Assembly (NCBI GenBank): GCA_964605705.1
Contig: CAZSDW010000001.1
Span: 70,007-134,006 of the forward strand
Source: an uncultured bacterium
GTDB taxonomy: Bacteria; Fidelibacterota; UBA2242
Length of the DNA: 64,000 nt
Direction: 5' to 3'
Under the pieces are notes generated by a model. That model was not told where the DNA came from. It saw nothing but the letters and a program-made list of their open reading frames with translations, and did no database searches. Positions 11,990 through 22,068 of the stretch are shown one piece after another. Positions within the stretch are counted from its first letter, which is position 1, and each line of letters opens with the position of its first letter. The position numbers and the translations under genes are program-made.

Positions 11990-13348
11990 TTATGGTTGAA
12001 TTGCTGTCTGCAAAAACGCAGCAAATTTTGATTTTGTAACACTGATATTTTCACATGCTTTCTGAACGGCATTTTCACGTGAACCCAATGCCATCCCGTT
12101 TCCTTTTGCCACGACGGAAGCAAGCTGTGTATTGGCGTTGGTGTCATTCAGCGACAGGGGCAATTCCAATTCAATAAAATATTGTCTTCCGGCAGGAGAA
12201 TCGATGATTCTTTCGCTTTTTAGTATCGCTGTTCCCTGAATCTTTAGATTGGATGTCGGATCATTTCGATATCCATTATTGTTTACCCAGCCGCCGACAA
12301 GCGCCCCCATGTTTTTGTTCGTGTTATCATTTATATCTTTAATCTCAATGGAAAATGACAGATCCGCTGTTACGATAGAGTAATTTACCGTTGCCTGAAT
12401 CTTTGAAAGGTCATTTCGGAAAATATCCGGTAGGTTGCTAAGACCGAGCGTAAAGTTGACAGCTCCGGAGCCAGTTGCGCCACCGGTCGGGGTTGCAATA
12501 ATATTTACAGAAAGCGTACCCTTATCGGATGATCCGAGCTTGTTGATAGTTTCGCCGTTGGCGTATTTTACGATAACCGGATACCATTTGAGCCCGATAT
12601 CATTACCGAAACTATCTTTATAAAAAACCCTTGCAACCACCGGTTCCTTAAGCGGAACTCCCAGCGAAGAAGTTTGATTATTGCCGCTGATGATTTTTAC
12701 ATCAATTGCCGCCAGGATCGTTCGAATTTCCGACAGAATACTTGCCACCGATGCGGTATTTTGATCGCCATAAACAGTTCCGGTGAGTGCGGTATAAAGT
12801 CCGCGCTTGATATAGAAATCGGGAACGATTTTTTGAGCAGATATATAATTGTCGAGCGCGTTGAACAAATTACCTTTCTGGACGAGATCCCGGGCGCTTT
12901 GCAGATACTGGTTTGACTCGGCGATTATTTTATCCATTTCCTGCTGCAATCCAGCCAGGTAATTCTGTTTATTTAATACCGCCAGGACGTAATGCTTACC
13001 CTTAATGTTTTCGGATTCAACGATCTCGATTCCGGCGACAGTTTCCGATACAATGGACTTGGTTTTTGAGGTAACCTCGGAGTGAATGGTGCTGCGATCG
13101 CCAGAACCGATCTCCTGTTCCATGGTTTCCAGTTCGGATTCAATTTTGACCTGAATCTGTTTTGCCACATCAGCGCGCGCCAGCTCAACCGCTTTGGTTT
13201 TATCTTCGGCGATCCCAACACCGAGCAGATAATCCGAATTGGGATATTTTTTATGACTATTACTTTGTGCCCATTTGGGAATTTGAGCGAGAACAAAACC
13301 GCTGATTATAAGTAAGACGCAGAAAATATATGGGGCTTTTTTAAACAC
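11990..13348 (-). CDS. Secreted protein, N-terminal LPP20-like domain + uncharacterised beta-rich C-terminal region
   Basis: Signal peptide. QIPKWAQS…YLLGVGIAEDKTKAVELARADVAKQIQVKI motif. 452 aa. Confidence 0.45.
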   Translation of the reverse strand: MFKKAPYIFCVLLIISGFVLAQIPKWAQSNSHKKYPNSDYLLGVGIAEDKTKAVELARADVAKQIQVKIESELETMEQEIGSGDRSTIHSEVTSKTKSIVSETVAGIEIVESENIKGKHYVLAVLNKQNYLAGLQQEMDKIIAESNQYLQSARDLVQKGNLFNALDNYISAQKIVPDFYIKRGLYTALTGTVYGDQNTASVASILSEIRTILAAIDVKIISGNNQTSSLGVPLKEPVVARVFYKDSFGNDIGLKWYPVIVKYANGETINKLGSSDKGTLSVNIIATPTGGATGSGAVNFTLGLSNLPDIFRNDLSKIQATVNYSIVTADLSFSIEIKDINDNTNKNMGALVGGWVNNNGYRNDPTSNLKIQGTAILKSERIIDSPAGRQYFIELELPLSLNDTNANTQLASVVAKGNGMALGSRENAVQKACENISVTKSKFAAFLQTAIQP

Positions 13349-13357
13349 GGGTCCTCC

Positions 13358-14623
13358 CTATTCTTCTTCAACGGAGAGTAGTAGTAGTTTGCGAGAGATC
13401 GAAACGCGCTTGACGACGCCACTGCCCGGATAGGATTTTTTGATGGCGCGGTAAATATCACTGGCCGCCGCAAATTCGGCTGGATTTACCCAGATAGATA
13501 CATCATATGTATAATCGGCAACCACGTGTTCTTTTACTAGGCAGGGCAGCGCTTTCAGGGCATCTCCCATAGAAAAAATGATTGCTTCGGCTTGTTCGGC
13601 ATCGAAGGAATTGTCAACACTGAGAATAATTTTATATTGAATCCCCTGTTTTGTATCCGATTTCCAGTAATTTGTAATTCGGCTGATTACCTTGTCAACG
13701 GCGTCGTTCATTGCCTCTTCTATTAATACGGCGTTTGCTCCAATCCGTTCCTGGCTGTACCCGGTATCGGTTCCCAACAATCTTCCGGTTGTTGTCTCAT
13801 AGGCTCGGCAACCAACCACCGCTTTTTTGACGGTGGAGCTGCCCAGCGTGCGGGATTCAATGGTGACATTATAAGAAACGTAAACATCGCTTCCAATTGA
13901 AAGTGCCAATAAATAACTATAGTCATCGCCGGTGCCGCTGAGCGCGTATTGAGTTGCGCTGAGTTCCTGGAGGACTTGCTGTTGTTCGGGGACAATAACC
14001 GAATATTTTTTCGCTGTCAGATATGACTCAATGACTTCCGCGGCTTTTTTAATGTCAGCATTCTGCCGAAGCAGATCGAGCGGTGCAATATCACCGCTAG
14101 ATTCCGGTATCACCATTATAGTCGGCATACCAACCGATAGAGAAATTTTTGCGGCGGCAGTAATCACCGATTTTTTGACCAGATATTCTTCCAGCAGGGT
14201 CTTGTTAATTTTGAAAGTTTTTTCAATTTTCAGAGTTTTTCCGCCGTCGGTTTTCAGGCGCTTATCATAATAATCTGCCTCCCATGCTATGAACTGCCGG
14301 ATATTTTCGATTGTGTAAAAATCATTTTCCATTTTCTGAAAGGCGATTTTCTCTTCATCGGTTTGAATTAGGGGATCGCTGCCACCGAGCAGAACATACC
14401 AGACAGCTGTCTTCGCAGCATCTTCATTGGCGCTTTTATCAAGAACGCTGGCATTGGGCTTGCGGTGTTTTTCATCAATTCCCATTCCGGTGGCTCGTAT
14501 CAGCAGCTCTGACGGCGAACTACTTTCAATCAGGGTTGCTTCACGAGCCCGTGGAAGATTGGACGCAAGCACAACAGCTGAGAATAAAAACATAAGGACA
14601 AGAATGTATTTCAACGGTTTCAT
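13358..14623 (-). CDS. Secreted hypothetical protein (weakly LPP20-like N-terminus)
   Basis: Signal peptide MKPLKYILVLMFLFSAVVLA. 9-nt gap to downstream gene. 4-nt overlap with upstream gene, indicating an operon. Confidence 0.4.
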   Translation of the reverse strand: MKPLKYILVLMFLFSAVVLASNLPRAREATLIESSSPSELLIRATGMGIDEKHRKPNASVLDKSANEDAAKTAVWYVLLGGSDPLIQTDEEKIAFQKMENDFYTIENIRQFIAWEADYYDKRLKTDGGKTLKIEKTFKINKTLLEEYLVKKSVITAAAKISLSVGMPTIMVIPESSGDIAPLDLLRQNADIKKAAEVIESYLTAKKYSVIVPEQQQVLQELSATQYALSGTGDDYSYLLALSIGSDVYVSYNVTIESRTLGSSTVKKAVVGCRAYETTTGRLLGTDTGYSQERIGANAVLIEEAMNDAVDKVISRITNYWKSDTKQGIQYKIILSVDNSFDAEQAEAIIFSMGDALKALPCLVKEHVVADYTYDVSIWVNPAEFAAASDIYRAIKKSYPGSGVVKRVSISRKLLLLSVEEE

Positions 14624-16383
14624 TTGGGGACCTCTATGTTTTTCATCTGGTTCTGAACAATCGCCACGGGATTAAACGGCAGAGATGGCGGCGAAAAATG
14701 AATATAAATTCCAATTGTTGGACTGTAACTGTAAAACTTGGGTGCAACCCAGCCGGTTTCATTTTCAATATCGATTTCGTCGTCATCATATTTTACAGTC
14801 CAGATATCGAGGGGTGGAAACGCCTGAACCCCCGCGAAAACACCGACGTTCCAGTCGATATTTACGGCGTATTCAAGCCCAACATCCAGCTTGACACCAA
14901 AGGTGTAATTTGAAATTGTGACCTTTTCACCATTGTAATAATCATTCCCGCGATTTTTTGAAATATATGTAATTTGTGTTCCAAGCGATGCTTCGCCATG
15001 AATTGCAAAGGGACCGAGATAGTACCGTTTGAGATATCCAATATATCCATAATAAAGACCGGCGACCCAATTTTGGGTTGGTATAAGATCGCGCCAATGC
15101 CAATTTTCATCCCAATAAGCAAAATCAAAGATGGTACTTTTCACCGGCACGGCACTCGCGGTACCACCAAAGACCAGGAAGCTTTGGCGCTTTTTTGTCA
15201 GGTTTGCAATGTTCCACTGGAAGTTCATGTCAAGTCCGAGGGAACCTCCTTCGTAATTATCAAAATAAACAACAAAACCCTCGTCGGAGTTCATCATAAA
15301 TCCTTCTTCGACATTGATGTTAAACCAGCGCGGTCTGAAAGCAATATCGATTCCTAATCTGGGGTGTTCAATGACCATCATTCCTCGTGACCAATCGCCT
15401 TTTTTGATGGCGACAGCCTGCGATAGTTGTCCACCGGAATTGAGATTATCTGAGACTGTGCTTACGCGCACAAAACCGGATTTTTCAAACCGGATTTTGC
15501 CATGAACGTTTTCTGTCCATTCACCGACGAAAAACGGATCGTCCAGCCGTATCCCCTCCGCATTACCCAGTGGAAAACCAATTCTTCGGCGTTGAATTTC
15601 AGCAATCGGTGCGCTCAATTTGAACATGTCCAGCTCGCGGGTCTTGATCTCAAGGTTCATCGCCAGTGTATTAGCAGCGCCCCAGAAAGCATATTCTTTC
15701 GGGGAGGCTTTTTGTCCATCAATCTGATAATTTTCCTCGGTGTCGGCACTGGAATAGGCGTCGGACGTCAATTTTGTAATTTTTTCAACGATCGGTTCAT
15801 CTCCCGGTATAATATGGTACCAGAGCAGACCACCCGAAAGATTGACGGTGATTTCTTTACTGTCCTTTTCTTTCTTCGCGCTGAGGTTGCTGATAAATGG
15901 GATATACAGAAACGAGGAATTCATCACCTGTTCAAGCTGCTCGGCTGTGATGCCGGCGTCTTTTGCTTTAAGGGCGATAAAAGAATTTTTCTGTGTTTCG
16001 GTAACCAATTGCTGGGCACGCATTTCCTTTTGAATATCAAGGATCTTGATGATTTCCGGGACAATCGTTGAATTGATCAGTGATGTCAATTCGTCGTCGG
16101 AAATATTCCCGCTTTTCGCCAGGCGATTGGTGAAAGATGATTGGATCCGATCGGGCAGCGGATTATAGTCGAAGCGGGCGATTTGAATGCCCTGATTAAT
16201 AGCGCCGGTGTATAATTGCTGTTCTCTTGGGCTAGTTTTAAAATCACCGGTTGCCAGGAGGGCGGTTGTGTAAGAGATGGATTTGCGCGTGTATCCCTGA
16301 GTGCTTTGGGCGTGTCCGCTGATTGCGAAGAAACAGACCGGAAAAGCAATCAGTGCGAGATAGGATGTCTGCTTATACTTCAT
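14620..16383 (-). CDS. Secreted protein with beta-strand-rich C-terminal half (putative outer-membrane beta-barrel); first gene of the minus-strand LPP20 operon
   Basis: Start chosen at MKYKQTSYLALIAFPVCFFAISGHAQ, which gives a signal peptide and has an AAAGGTGA RBS. The ORF-track start at 16464 lacks a signal peptide. C-terminus has an alternating hydrophobic pattern. Confidence 0.45.
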   Translation of the reverse strand: MKYKQTSYLALIAFPVCFFAISGHAQSTQGYTRKSISYTTALLATGDFKTSPREQQLYTGAINQGIQIARFDYNPLPDRIQSSFTNRLAKSGNISDDELTSLINSTIVPEIIKILDIQKEMRAQQLVTETQKNSFIALKAKDAGITAEQLEQVMNSSFLYIPFISNLSAKKEKDSKEITVNLSGGLLWYHIIPGDEPIVEKITKLTSDAYSSADTEENYQIDGQKASPKEYAFWGAANTLAMNLEIKTRELDMFKLSAPIAEIQRRRIGFPLGNAEGIRLDDPFFVGEWTENVHGKIRFEKSGFVRVSTVSDNLNSGGQLSQAVAIKKGDWSRGMMVIEHPRLGIDIAFRPRWFNINVEEGFMMNSDEGFVVYFDNYEGGSLGLDMNFQWNIANLTKKRQSFLVFGGTASAVPVKSTIFDFAYWDENWHWRDLIPTQNWVAGLYYGYIGYLKRYYLGPFAIHGEASLGTQITYISKNRGNDYYNGEKVTISNYTFGVKLDVGLEYAVNIDWNVGVFAGVQAFPPLDIWTVKYDDDEIDIENETGWVAPKFYSYSPTIGIYIHFSPPSLPFNPVAIVQNQMKNIEVPK

Positions 16384-16500
16384 ATCACCTTTTGTACAAT
16401 TTTTCCTATATCCGTTATCGGTTATGTGTAGTCCAAATTTCGATATGCAGGTTTTAGATGTCAACCCTTTTCTTTTTGATGTCTCGACTGAATATAAATA

Positions 16501-16529
16501 TTGACATTATGTGATTTGGCGCATAATAT
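16501..16529 (+). promoter_or_regulatory. Sigma70-type promoter TTGACA-N17-TAATAT for the LTD-repeat gene; the inverted TGTCAA at 16460-16465 may be the divergent -35 for the minus operon
   Basis: TTGACA at 16501-16506, 17-nt spacer, TAATAT at 16524-16529. AGGT RBS at 16546-16549. Confidence 0.4.
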
Positions 16530-16554
16530 TCTATGGAAATATTATAGGTTTATA

Positions 16555-19500
16555 TTGTTGAAGTTTCTTAATCCCGACAAGCTCCTTCCTTTTTTCATTT
16601 TATTCGTCGCCAACGGTGTTATGTTCGCCCAATCCGTCACTATAAATGAGGTTATGTTTGATGCCATTGGAATTGATGATTATGATGAGTTTATCGAGAT
16701 AGTCAATATCGGAGATGCATCAATAGACCTGCAAGGTTTTTATCTGGAGATAAATGGTTATGTCGATTCGATTGATTTTAAAGATGATAGCACAAGCCTG
16801 GAATCCGGCGCCTATGCTTTGATCTTTGACCAGGGCTATCAACAATCAGGCACCTATGAGGGTCTCATACCCGCAACAGCATTGCGTTGTACAATTCATG
16901 ATAACTATTTTGGGACAAGTGGTTTGAAGAATTCTGTCCCCAATATAGTCCTGCTTTTAAATTCTGATGGTGATACGCTATCGGCTGCTACAACGAGTCC
17001 CGACCAGGACGCGGGTTATTCAGATGAAAAGATCGATGTTTTTGGCGATAACGATCAAACAAACTGGGGAAATGCAATTTCTTTATATGGTACACCGGGA
17101 TATGAAAACAGTATCGCAATGAAAGATTCTGACCTGGCAATTACCGATTTTCGAAGGCTCAATGAGGATATTTTCCCAATCCCCGGAACACCGGTTGAAT
17201 TTATATTAAAGATTCAAAACCTGGGGCGAAACATCATTGAAAACGCCGATGTCGTTTTTGGCATTGATCAGAACCAGGACTCAATGCTTCATTATAGCGA
17301 AATCCTATATAATGATATCTTGACAATCAGCCCGCTGGATTCGGTTGTGTTGTACCCGACCCTTCCGATGATTAGATCAGGCAGCCACGAAATAATGTCG
17401 GCAATTCTTTTAGAAGATGAAATGCCGGAAAATAATGATTTACGATATACTTTGTGGGTGCCGTATGAAAAGGGCGCGGTTCTAATCAATGAGTTTATGT
17501 ATGCACCAAAATCTGACCATGGCGGCGAATGGATCGAACTTCTGAATATTTCACCAGATACAATAGACCTTGCCCACTGGAAAATTTGTGATGAGGCATC
17601 AGGAATCGCCGGAGCCGTAATTACTTCGTCCAGAAGCCTGGTTGCCCCGAATTCGTTGGTTGTTTTGTCGTCGGACGCGACCTTGGAAAATTTCTGGGAA
17701 ATAGAGGACGTGCACATCGTTTGTGAAAAAAAACTCCCGTCGCTGAATGATACTGGAGATTCGATTATTGTACGGGACTTATGTGGAGTAGCAATAGATT
17801 CTTTAAAGTATTCGAGCGCTTGGGGCAAGCAGACGGGCGTGGCGTTGGAGCGAATTGACCCCCATGGGGACAGCAATCTTTCTGATAACTGGGCGCTTTC
17901 GGCTGACACTTCCGGCGGAACTCCGGGACGACAAAATAGCTGTAAGGTAAAAAGTTATGATATTTCTCTTGATGAACTGGAAATTTTGTCGGAAAACATT
18001 TTCAATGGCGATTACTTTGAAACATCTTTTAGATTAATGAATAAAGGCATTGAAAATGTAAGCACCTATTCTATCCGCTTCCGGATAGAAAATCAGGATT
18101 CGATAGAAAACAGCCCGGCAGTTTTGGATTCTGTGGTTAATTATTCCATAACTCTAATGCCGGGAGAATTTTCTATAAGGACGGTTGATTTTCATTCTGT
18201 CTCCGGTGGGGCTTATACCCTGTTTGCAACGGTTGTATTTGAGGAAGATGAAAACCTACAAAATAACAGTGATAGTTGTGATCTCGTAATTGGATACCCC
18301 GTCCACTCAATTATTATAAATGAAGTTATGAACATACCCGAGACAGGTGAATCCGAGTGGTTTGAGATATATAATCCGGTGGATTTCCCGGTTGACCTGA
18401 ATCGATGGCGGTTTCGGGACGCGAATGGGACTTGGAAGTATCTGATAACACAACCGAAAATTTTGGAACCCAATGATTTTTGTATCATTGCCGCCAGCCG
18501 GGATTTTCTACAGGCGTATCCGGCATTTGATGGTCCTATGATAATACCACAGAAATTTCCAATTTTGAATAACAGCTCCGATTCCCTGTTTTTAGTCGAT
18601 GCAACCGGGCACTCGATTGAAACGGTGTATTTTCGACAGGACTGGGGCGGGGGAACCGGCATTAGTATTGAGCGCAGAGATCCCAATGCTCCAGCACAGA
18701 CGGAGAATAACTGGGGCAGCTCGACAGATCCGGCGGGTGCAACTCCGGGAGCAATAAATTCCATTCTGAAATATCAGCGCGACCTTTCGATTATTCCCAC
18801 CAGCTTCAGGTTTGTCGATTCAACAGTGTCGTTAATTCGTCCGGTAAAGTTTATGATTGAGGTCAAAAATAATGGCAGCATCAAATCCGGAAAATTTTCG
18901 CTGGAAATATACTATGATCGTGATCGAAGCGAAAGCGTTACTCCGGATGAAATTGTCTGGAGCCTGCACAGTATTCCGGCACTTTTACCCGATTCTGTCA
19001 TTTTTCTTGATGGCGAATTCTATTCGGAGACATCGGGTCGATGTAGATATATCGCCATGGTGGCGATGACTGAAGATGAGAATATTTTTGATAATACCGC
19101 GTGCCGGGATTTACTGGTTGCGTATCCGAAAGGCTCGTTACTTTTCAATGAATTTCTGGCATATCCCAGGGCGGAACAGACGGAATTTTGTGAAATTGTC
19201 AATGTCAGCAGCGGAAATATCAATTTCGGCGAATGGCGATTTTCCAATAGCCGCAGCACAGCAATGATTTTACAAACTCGCGATTTGAATATTTCCCCGG
19301 GAGAATATATTGTTTTGGCAAAAGACAGCAGTTTTTTCGAGAAATTTCCCACGGTGACGGGCAAAACAATCATACCGGAAAAATGTCCCGGATTAAATAA
19401 TTCTATCGACAAAATTATTCTTAAAGATTTGACCGGTACGGTAATAGATTCTCTGGCTTTTGATGACAGCTGGAATGTAATGTCCGGAGTATCTCTCGAG

Positions 19501-20745
19501 AAAAAGCTGCCGGTTTACCAGAGCCATAATGTTTTTAACTGGTTTTTATCGACCGACCCGACTGGTGCAACACCGGGACGTAAAAACTCAGTAATGCCGC
19601 TCGCATATGATATTCAGCTGGATTCAGTGGTGGTATTTCCCGAAACCGGATCGTCCGCCACGGAATTTCAAGCCCGATGCTGGTTTACGAATGTCGGATT
19701 AAATAAAAGTTCACCCGCAGAACTGGCGATTATTCAAAAAAGTCTAAGCGGGTCCCAAACAATCAAATCTGTAGCAATAAAGTCTTTGGAAGTTGGTGAA
19801 AGCGATTCTATTCTAATTAATTTTGGCAAATTCAATTCTGGTTATTACCACCTGGCGCTTGTCGCTCTTTGGGAATATGATTCAAATAGAATGAATGACA
19901 CTCTTAATTTTTCAATTAGAGTTGCTTTTGAAAAAGGAGCCCTGCTCTTATCTGAGTTTATGGCGAGTCCATTGATCGTTAAAACAACGGGAGGTTCTAT
20001 CGCGGAGTATATCGAGATATACAATCCCAACGACGAAACATTACTGGAAGCCTGGTCGATCTGCGATGAAAACACCGGCGCTCCGGTGAAGATATTCACA
20101 GAGAAAGCCGTCGGTCAGGGCGGGTTTTTCGTGATTGCAAACGATTCCACAATATTTCAATATGATCAGGTTTTACCCGAAAATACAATTGTATTACCAC
20201 ACTTTCCTTCGTTGGGCAATACTGAGGACGGCATCTATTTAATCGGTCCCGCGGGCACCATTGTTGATAGTTTGAAATATGATTCCGGCTGGTCGATAAC
20301 GCAGAATAAATCAATGGAAAGGGTATATTATACGAATCCCAACCTGATGAATAATTGGCGACTGTCAACCGCGGCGGCGGGAGGAACGCCGGGATATAAG
20401 AACAGCGTTGCCATTACAGATGAATCTGTGAAACCCGGTATAAAAGTAACGCCCAATCCATTTTCGCCGAATGGTGATGGAATTGATGAACAGGTGGCAA
20501 TCCAGTTCCTTTTGCCCTTTCCCAGTGCAAATGTCAATATGCAGATTTACGATATGATGGGACGATTGATTTTTGAGCCAGCCAAAAACCTTCCGTCATC
20601 TTCCGAAGGAGCAGTCTATTGGGACGGATCGAGTATTCATGGCAACCGCGCCCGGATCGGGATGTATGTGGTACGTTGTTCGGCAACCGATGCGACAAGT
20701 GATAAAACTGTTGGCTATATCACAACCGTTGTTCTGGCACGATGA
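16555..20745 (+). CDS. Giant secreted surface protein: 5x (lamin-tail-domain + CARDB/Ig-like) modules and a C-terminal FlgD-Ig-like / T9SS type-A-like sorting domain
   Basis: TTG start gives the signal peptide MLKFLNPDKLLPFFILFVANGVMFAQ. Five INEVM/INEFM…EWIELYN…W LTD signatures, each ending GGTPG(R/Y)xNS. C-terminus TPNPFSPNGDGIDE…IYDMMGRLIF…VYWDG…GMYVV. Confidence 0.7.
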   Translation: MLKFLNPDKLLPFFILFVANGVMFAQSVTINEVMFDAIGIDDYDEFIEIVNIGDASIDLQGFYLEINGYVDSIDFKDDSTSLESGAYALIFDQGYQQSGTYEGLIPATALRCTIHDNYFGTSGLKNSVPNIVLLLNSDGDTLSAATTSPDQDAGYSDEKIDVFGDNDQTNWGNAISLYGTPGYENSIAMKDSDLAITDFRRLNEDIFPIPGTPVEFILKIQNLGRNIIENADVVFGIDQNQDSMLHYSEILYNDILTISPLDSVVLYPTLPMIRSGSHEIMSAILLEDEMPENNDLRYTLWVPYEKGAVLINEFMYAPKSDHGGEWIELLNISPDTIDLAHWKICDEASGIAGAVITSSRSLVAPNSLVVLSSDATLENFWEIEDVHIVCEKKLPSLNDTGDSIIVRDLCGVAIDSLKYSSAWGKQTGVALERIDPHGDSNLSDNWALSADTSGGTPGRQNSCKVKSYDISLDELEILSENIFNGDYFETSFRLMNKGIENVSTYSIRFRIENQDSIENSPAVLDSVVNYSITLMPGEFSIRTVDFHSVSGGAYTLFATVVFEEDENLQNNSDSCDLVIGYPVHSIIINEVMNIPETGESEWFEIYNPVDFPVDLNRWRFRDANGTWKYLITQPKILEPNDFCIIAASRDFLQAYPAFDGPMIIPQKFPILNNSSDSLFLVDATGHSIETVYFRQDWGGGTGISIERRDPNAPAQTENNWGSSTDPAGATPGAINSILKYQRDLSIIPTSFRFVDSTVSLIRPVKFMIEVKNNGSIKSGKFSLEIYYDRDRSESVTPDEIVWSLHSIPALLPDSVIFLDGEFYSETSGRCRYIAMVAMTEDENIFDNTACRDLLVAYPKGSLLFNEFLAYPRAEQTEFCEIVNVSSGNINFGEWRFSNSRSTAMILQTRDLNISPGEYIVLAKDSSFFEKFPTVTGKTIIPEKCPGLNNSIDKIILKDLTGTVIDSLAFDDSWNVMSGVSLEKKLPVYQSHNVFNWFLSTDPTGATPGRKNSVMPLAYDIQLDSVVVFPETGSSATEFQARCWFTNVGLNKSSPAELAIIQKSLSGSQTIKSVAIKSLEVGESDSILINFGKFNSGYYHLALVALWEYDSNRMNDTLNFSIRVAFEKGALLLSEFMASPLIVKTTGGSIAEYIEIYNPNDETLLEAWSICDENTGAPVKIFTEKAVGQGGFFVIANDSTIFQYDQVLPENTIVLPHFPSLGNTEDGIYLIGPAGTIVDSLKYDSGWSITQNKSMERVYYTNPNLMNNWRLSTAAAGGTPGYKNSVAITDESVKPGIKVTPNPFSPNGDGIDEQVAIQFLLPFPSANVNMQIYDMMGRLIFEPAKNLPSSSEGAVYWDGSSIHGNRARIGMYVVRCSATDATSDKTVGYITTVVLAR
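16636..20410 (+). repeat. Five diverged intragenic tandem repeats (~820 bp period) encoding the LTD+CARDB modules
   Basis: Recurring ggNggaac(t/g)ccggga… (GGTPG) at ~17090, 17921, 18733, 19565 and 20380. Protein-level periodicity ~275 aa. Confidence 0.6.
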
Positions 20746-20839
20746 ATATGCTAAAATGACTTGATTTTATTATTCTGCATGTGTAACATATTCGAAATGT
20801 TGTAATCTTAAAGAAAAACATCTTTTAAGGGAGGATAAA

Positions 20840-21961
20840 ATGACAAAGAAATTTACGGTTTTTGGGATCATTCTGCTGATTGCTTTCAATGGATTTTCGC
20901 AGGATATGTCGGAATTTTCGATGGATCAGGTTAAGCAATTGGTTGAATCCAACGGAAAAAGCTATTTGCAACCACTGGTTACGGGCTACGGTTCAGCCAT
21001 GAACGCGGGTCTGTATAATACCGCCAAAACCCACAAAATACTGGGATTTGACATCGGGCTAAAAATGGGATTTGGAATTGTGCCCACCGGTGAGAAATCG
21101 ACATACGATTTCGATCTTACGGCACTGGATAATATACCTGTTACAGTTGGGGATTATACTCTTGATTTAAATCCATCTGAGCTATTTTCAAATACAGAAA
21201 CGCCTACGATTTTAGGTGGCGCGGCAGAGCCATTTGAGGTTGATGAGACTTATATTACGGGTCTTGTATATAGTCAGGCGAGAGAAAACATAGTAACAAC
21301 ATTTCCTGGTCAAACAGATGAGTGGTATGATAACCAGGCACAAACAGCGGTTGACGCTTTAAGCAGTGATATTTCCGATGCCGCAGATGAAGTGGCAATT
21401 TCTTCAATTCCAGGTATTAAATCTATTTCAGGGCTTGAGGACATGGAAAATTTAATTTTCCCATTTCCGATTTTACAGGCAAGCGTAGGACTTCCAATGG
21501 GTATTGAGCCTTCCATTCGGATGATCCCGGCAATCTCTATTCCCGGCGATGTTGGTGATGCGCTTGGTGAAATATCTTCGTTTGGTGTTGGTCTGAAAGT
21601 TGACGTTGATCAGTTTATTCCCATTCCACTGTTTCCGGTTGATATTGCCGCCCAGGCATTCTATCAGAATTTTTCGATTGGGGATATTCTTTCTGCCAAT
21701 AATATGAATTTCAACGTTCACGTCAGTAAAAAGCTTCTGATGCTTACCCCCTATATTGGAATGGGCGTTGACAATACGACCTTTACCGCCAGCTATGAAA
21801 TGGGCGATGGTGTGAAACAGGATTTTACCATTAAGGGTGATAATAAATTAAGAACCACTTTCGGACTGAATATTAAACTGCTTATTTTGCAGGTCAATGC
21901 CGAATATTCCATGGGTGAATATAACTCTGCTGCCGTGGGACTTGCATTTACACTGCGCTAA
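20840..21961 (+). CDS. Secreted beta-rich protein, putative outer-membrane protein co-transcribed with the LTD protein
   Basis: Signal peptide MTKKFTVFGIILLIAFNGFSQD. 95-nt gap after the LTD gene. Followed by a strong terminator. Confidence 0.45.
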   Translation: MTKKFTVFGIILLIAFNGFSQDMSEFSMDQVKQLVESNGKSYLQPLVTGYGSAMNAGLYNTAKTHKILGFDIGLKMGFGIVPTGEKSTYDFDLTALDNIPVTVGDYTLDLNPSELFSNTETPTILGGAAEPFEVDETYITGLVYSQARENIVTTFPGQTDEWYDNQAQTAVDALSSDISDAADEVAISSIPGIKSISGLEDMENLIFPFPILQASVGLPMGIEPSIRMIPAISIPGDVGDALGEISSFGVGLKVDVDQFIPIPLFPVDIAAQAFYQNFSIGDILSANNMNFNVHVSKKLLMLTPYIGMGVDNTTFTASYEMGDGVKQDFTIKGDNKLRTTFGLNIKLLILQVNAEYSMGEYNSAAVGLAFTLR

Positions 21962-21982
21962 AATATTTTTAAAATCGCTTTA

Positions 21983-22008
21983 AAAGGGGGCATTCGCCCC
22001 CTTTTTCA
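21983..22008 (+). terminator. Rho-independent terminator (GGGGGCattcGCCCCCTTTTT)
   Basis: Perfect GC stem 21986-21991 / 21996-22001 followed by a T-tract. Confidence 0.8.
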
Positions 22009-22068
22009 TTATAGATATTGTTTCTAAATTAGATCACAGATTATCAGTTATTGAAAAGGTTAAAATAT

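Noticed and set aside
14031-14913. Plus-strand ORFs 14031..14270, 14311..14595, 14427..14675, 14685..14913
   Set aside because: They lie antisense to the secreted-protein operon genes and have no conserved motifs.
14620-16464. Longer start (MTSKTCISK…) for the 614-aa secreted protein
   Set aside because: The internal Met at 16383 yields a proper signal peptide and has an AAAGGTGA RBS. The 27-aa extension has neither.
16501-16554. ORF-track start of the LTD protein at 16501
   Set aside because: 16501-16506 is TTGACA, part of a sigma70-like promoter with TAATAT at 16524-16529. The signal peptide begins at TTG 16555/16558 after an AGGT RBS.
17292-20537. Minus-strand ORFs inside the LTD-repeat gene (17292..17909, 18213..18764, 19020..19412, etc.)
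   Set aside because: They are antisense to a continuous 1.4k-aa coding frame with clear domain periodicity, and have no RBS or signal features.
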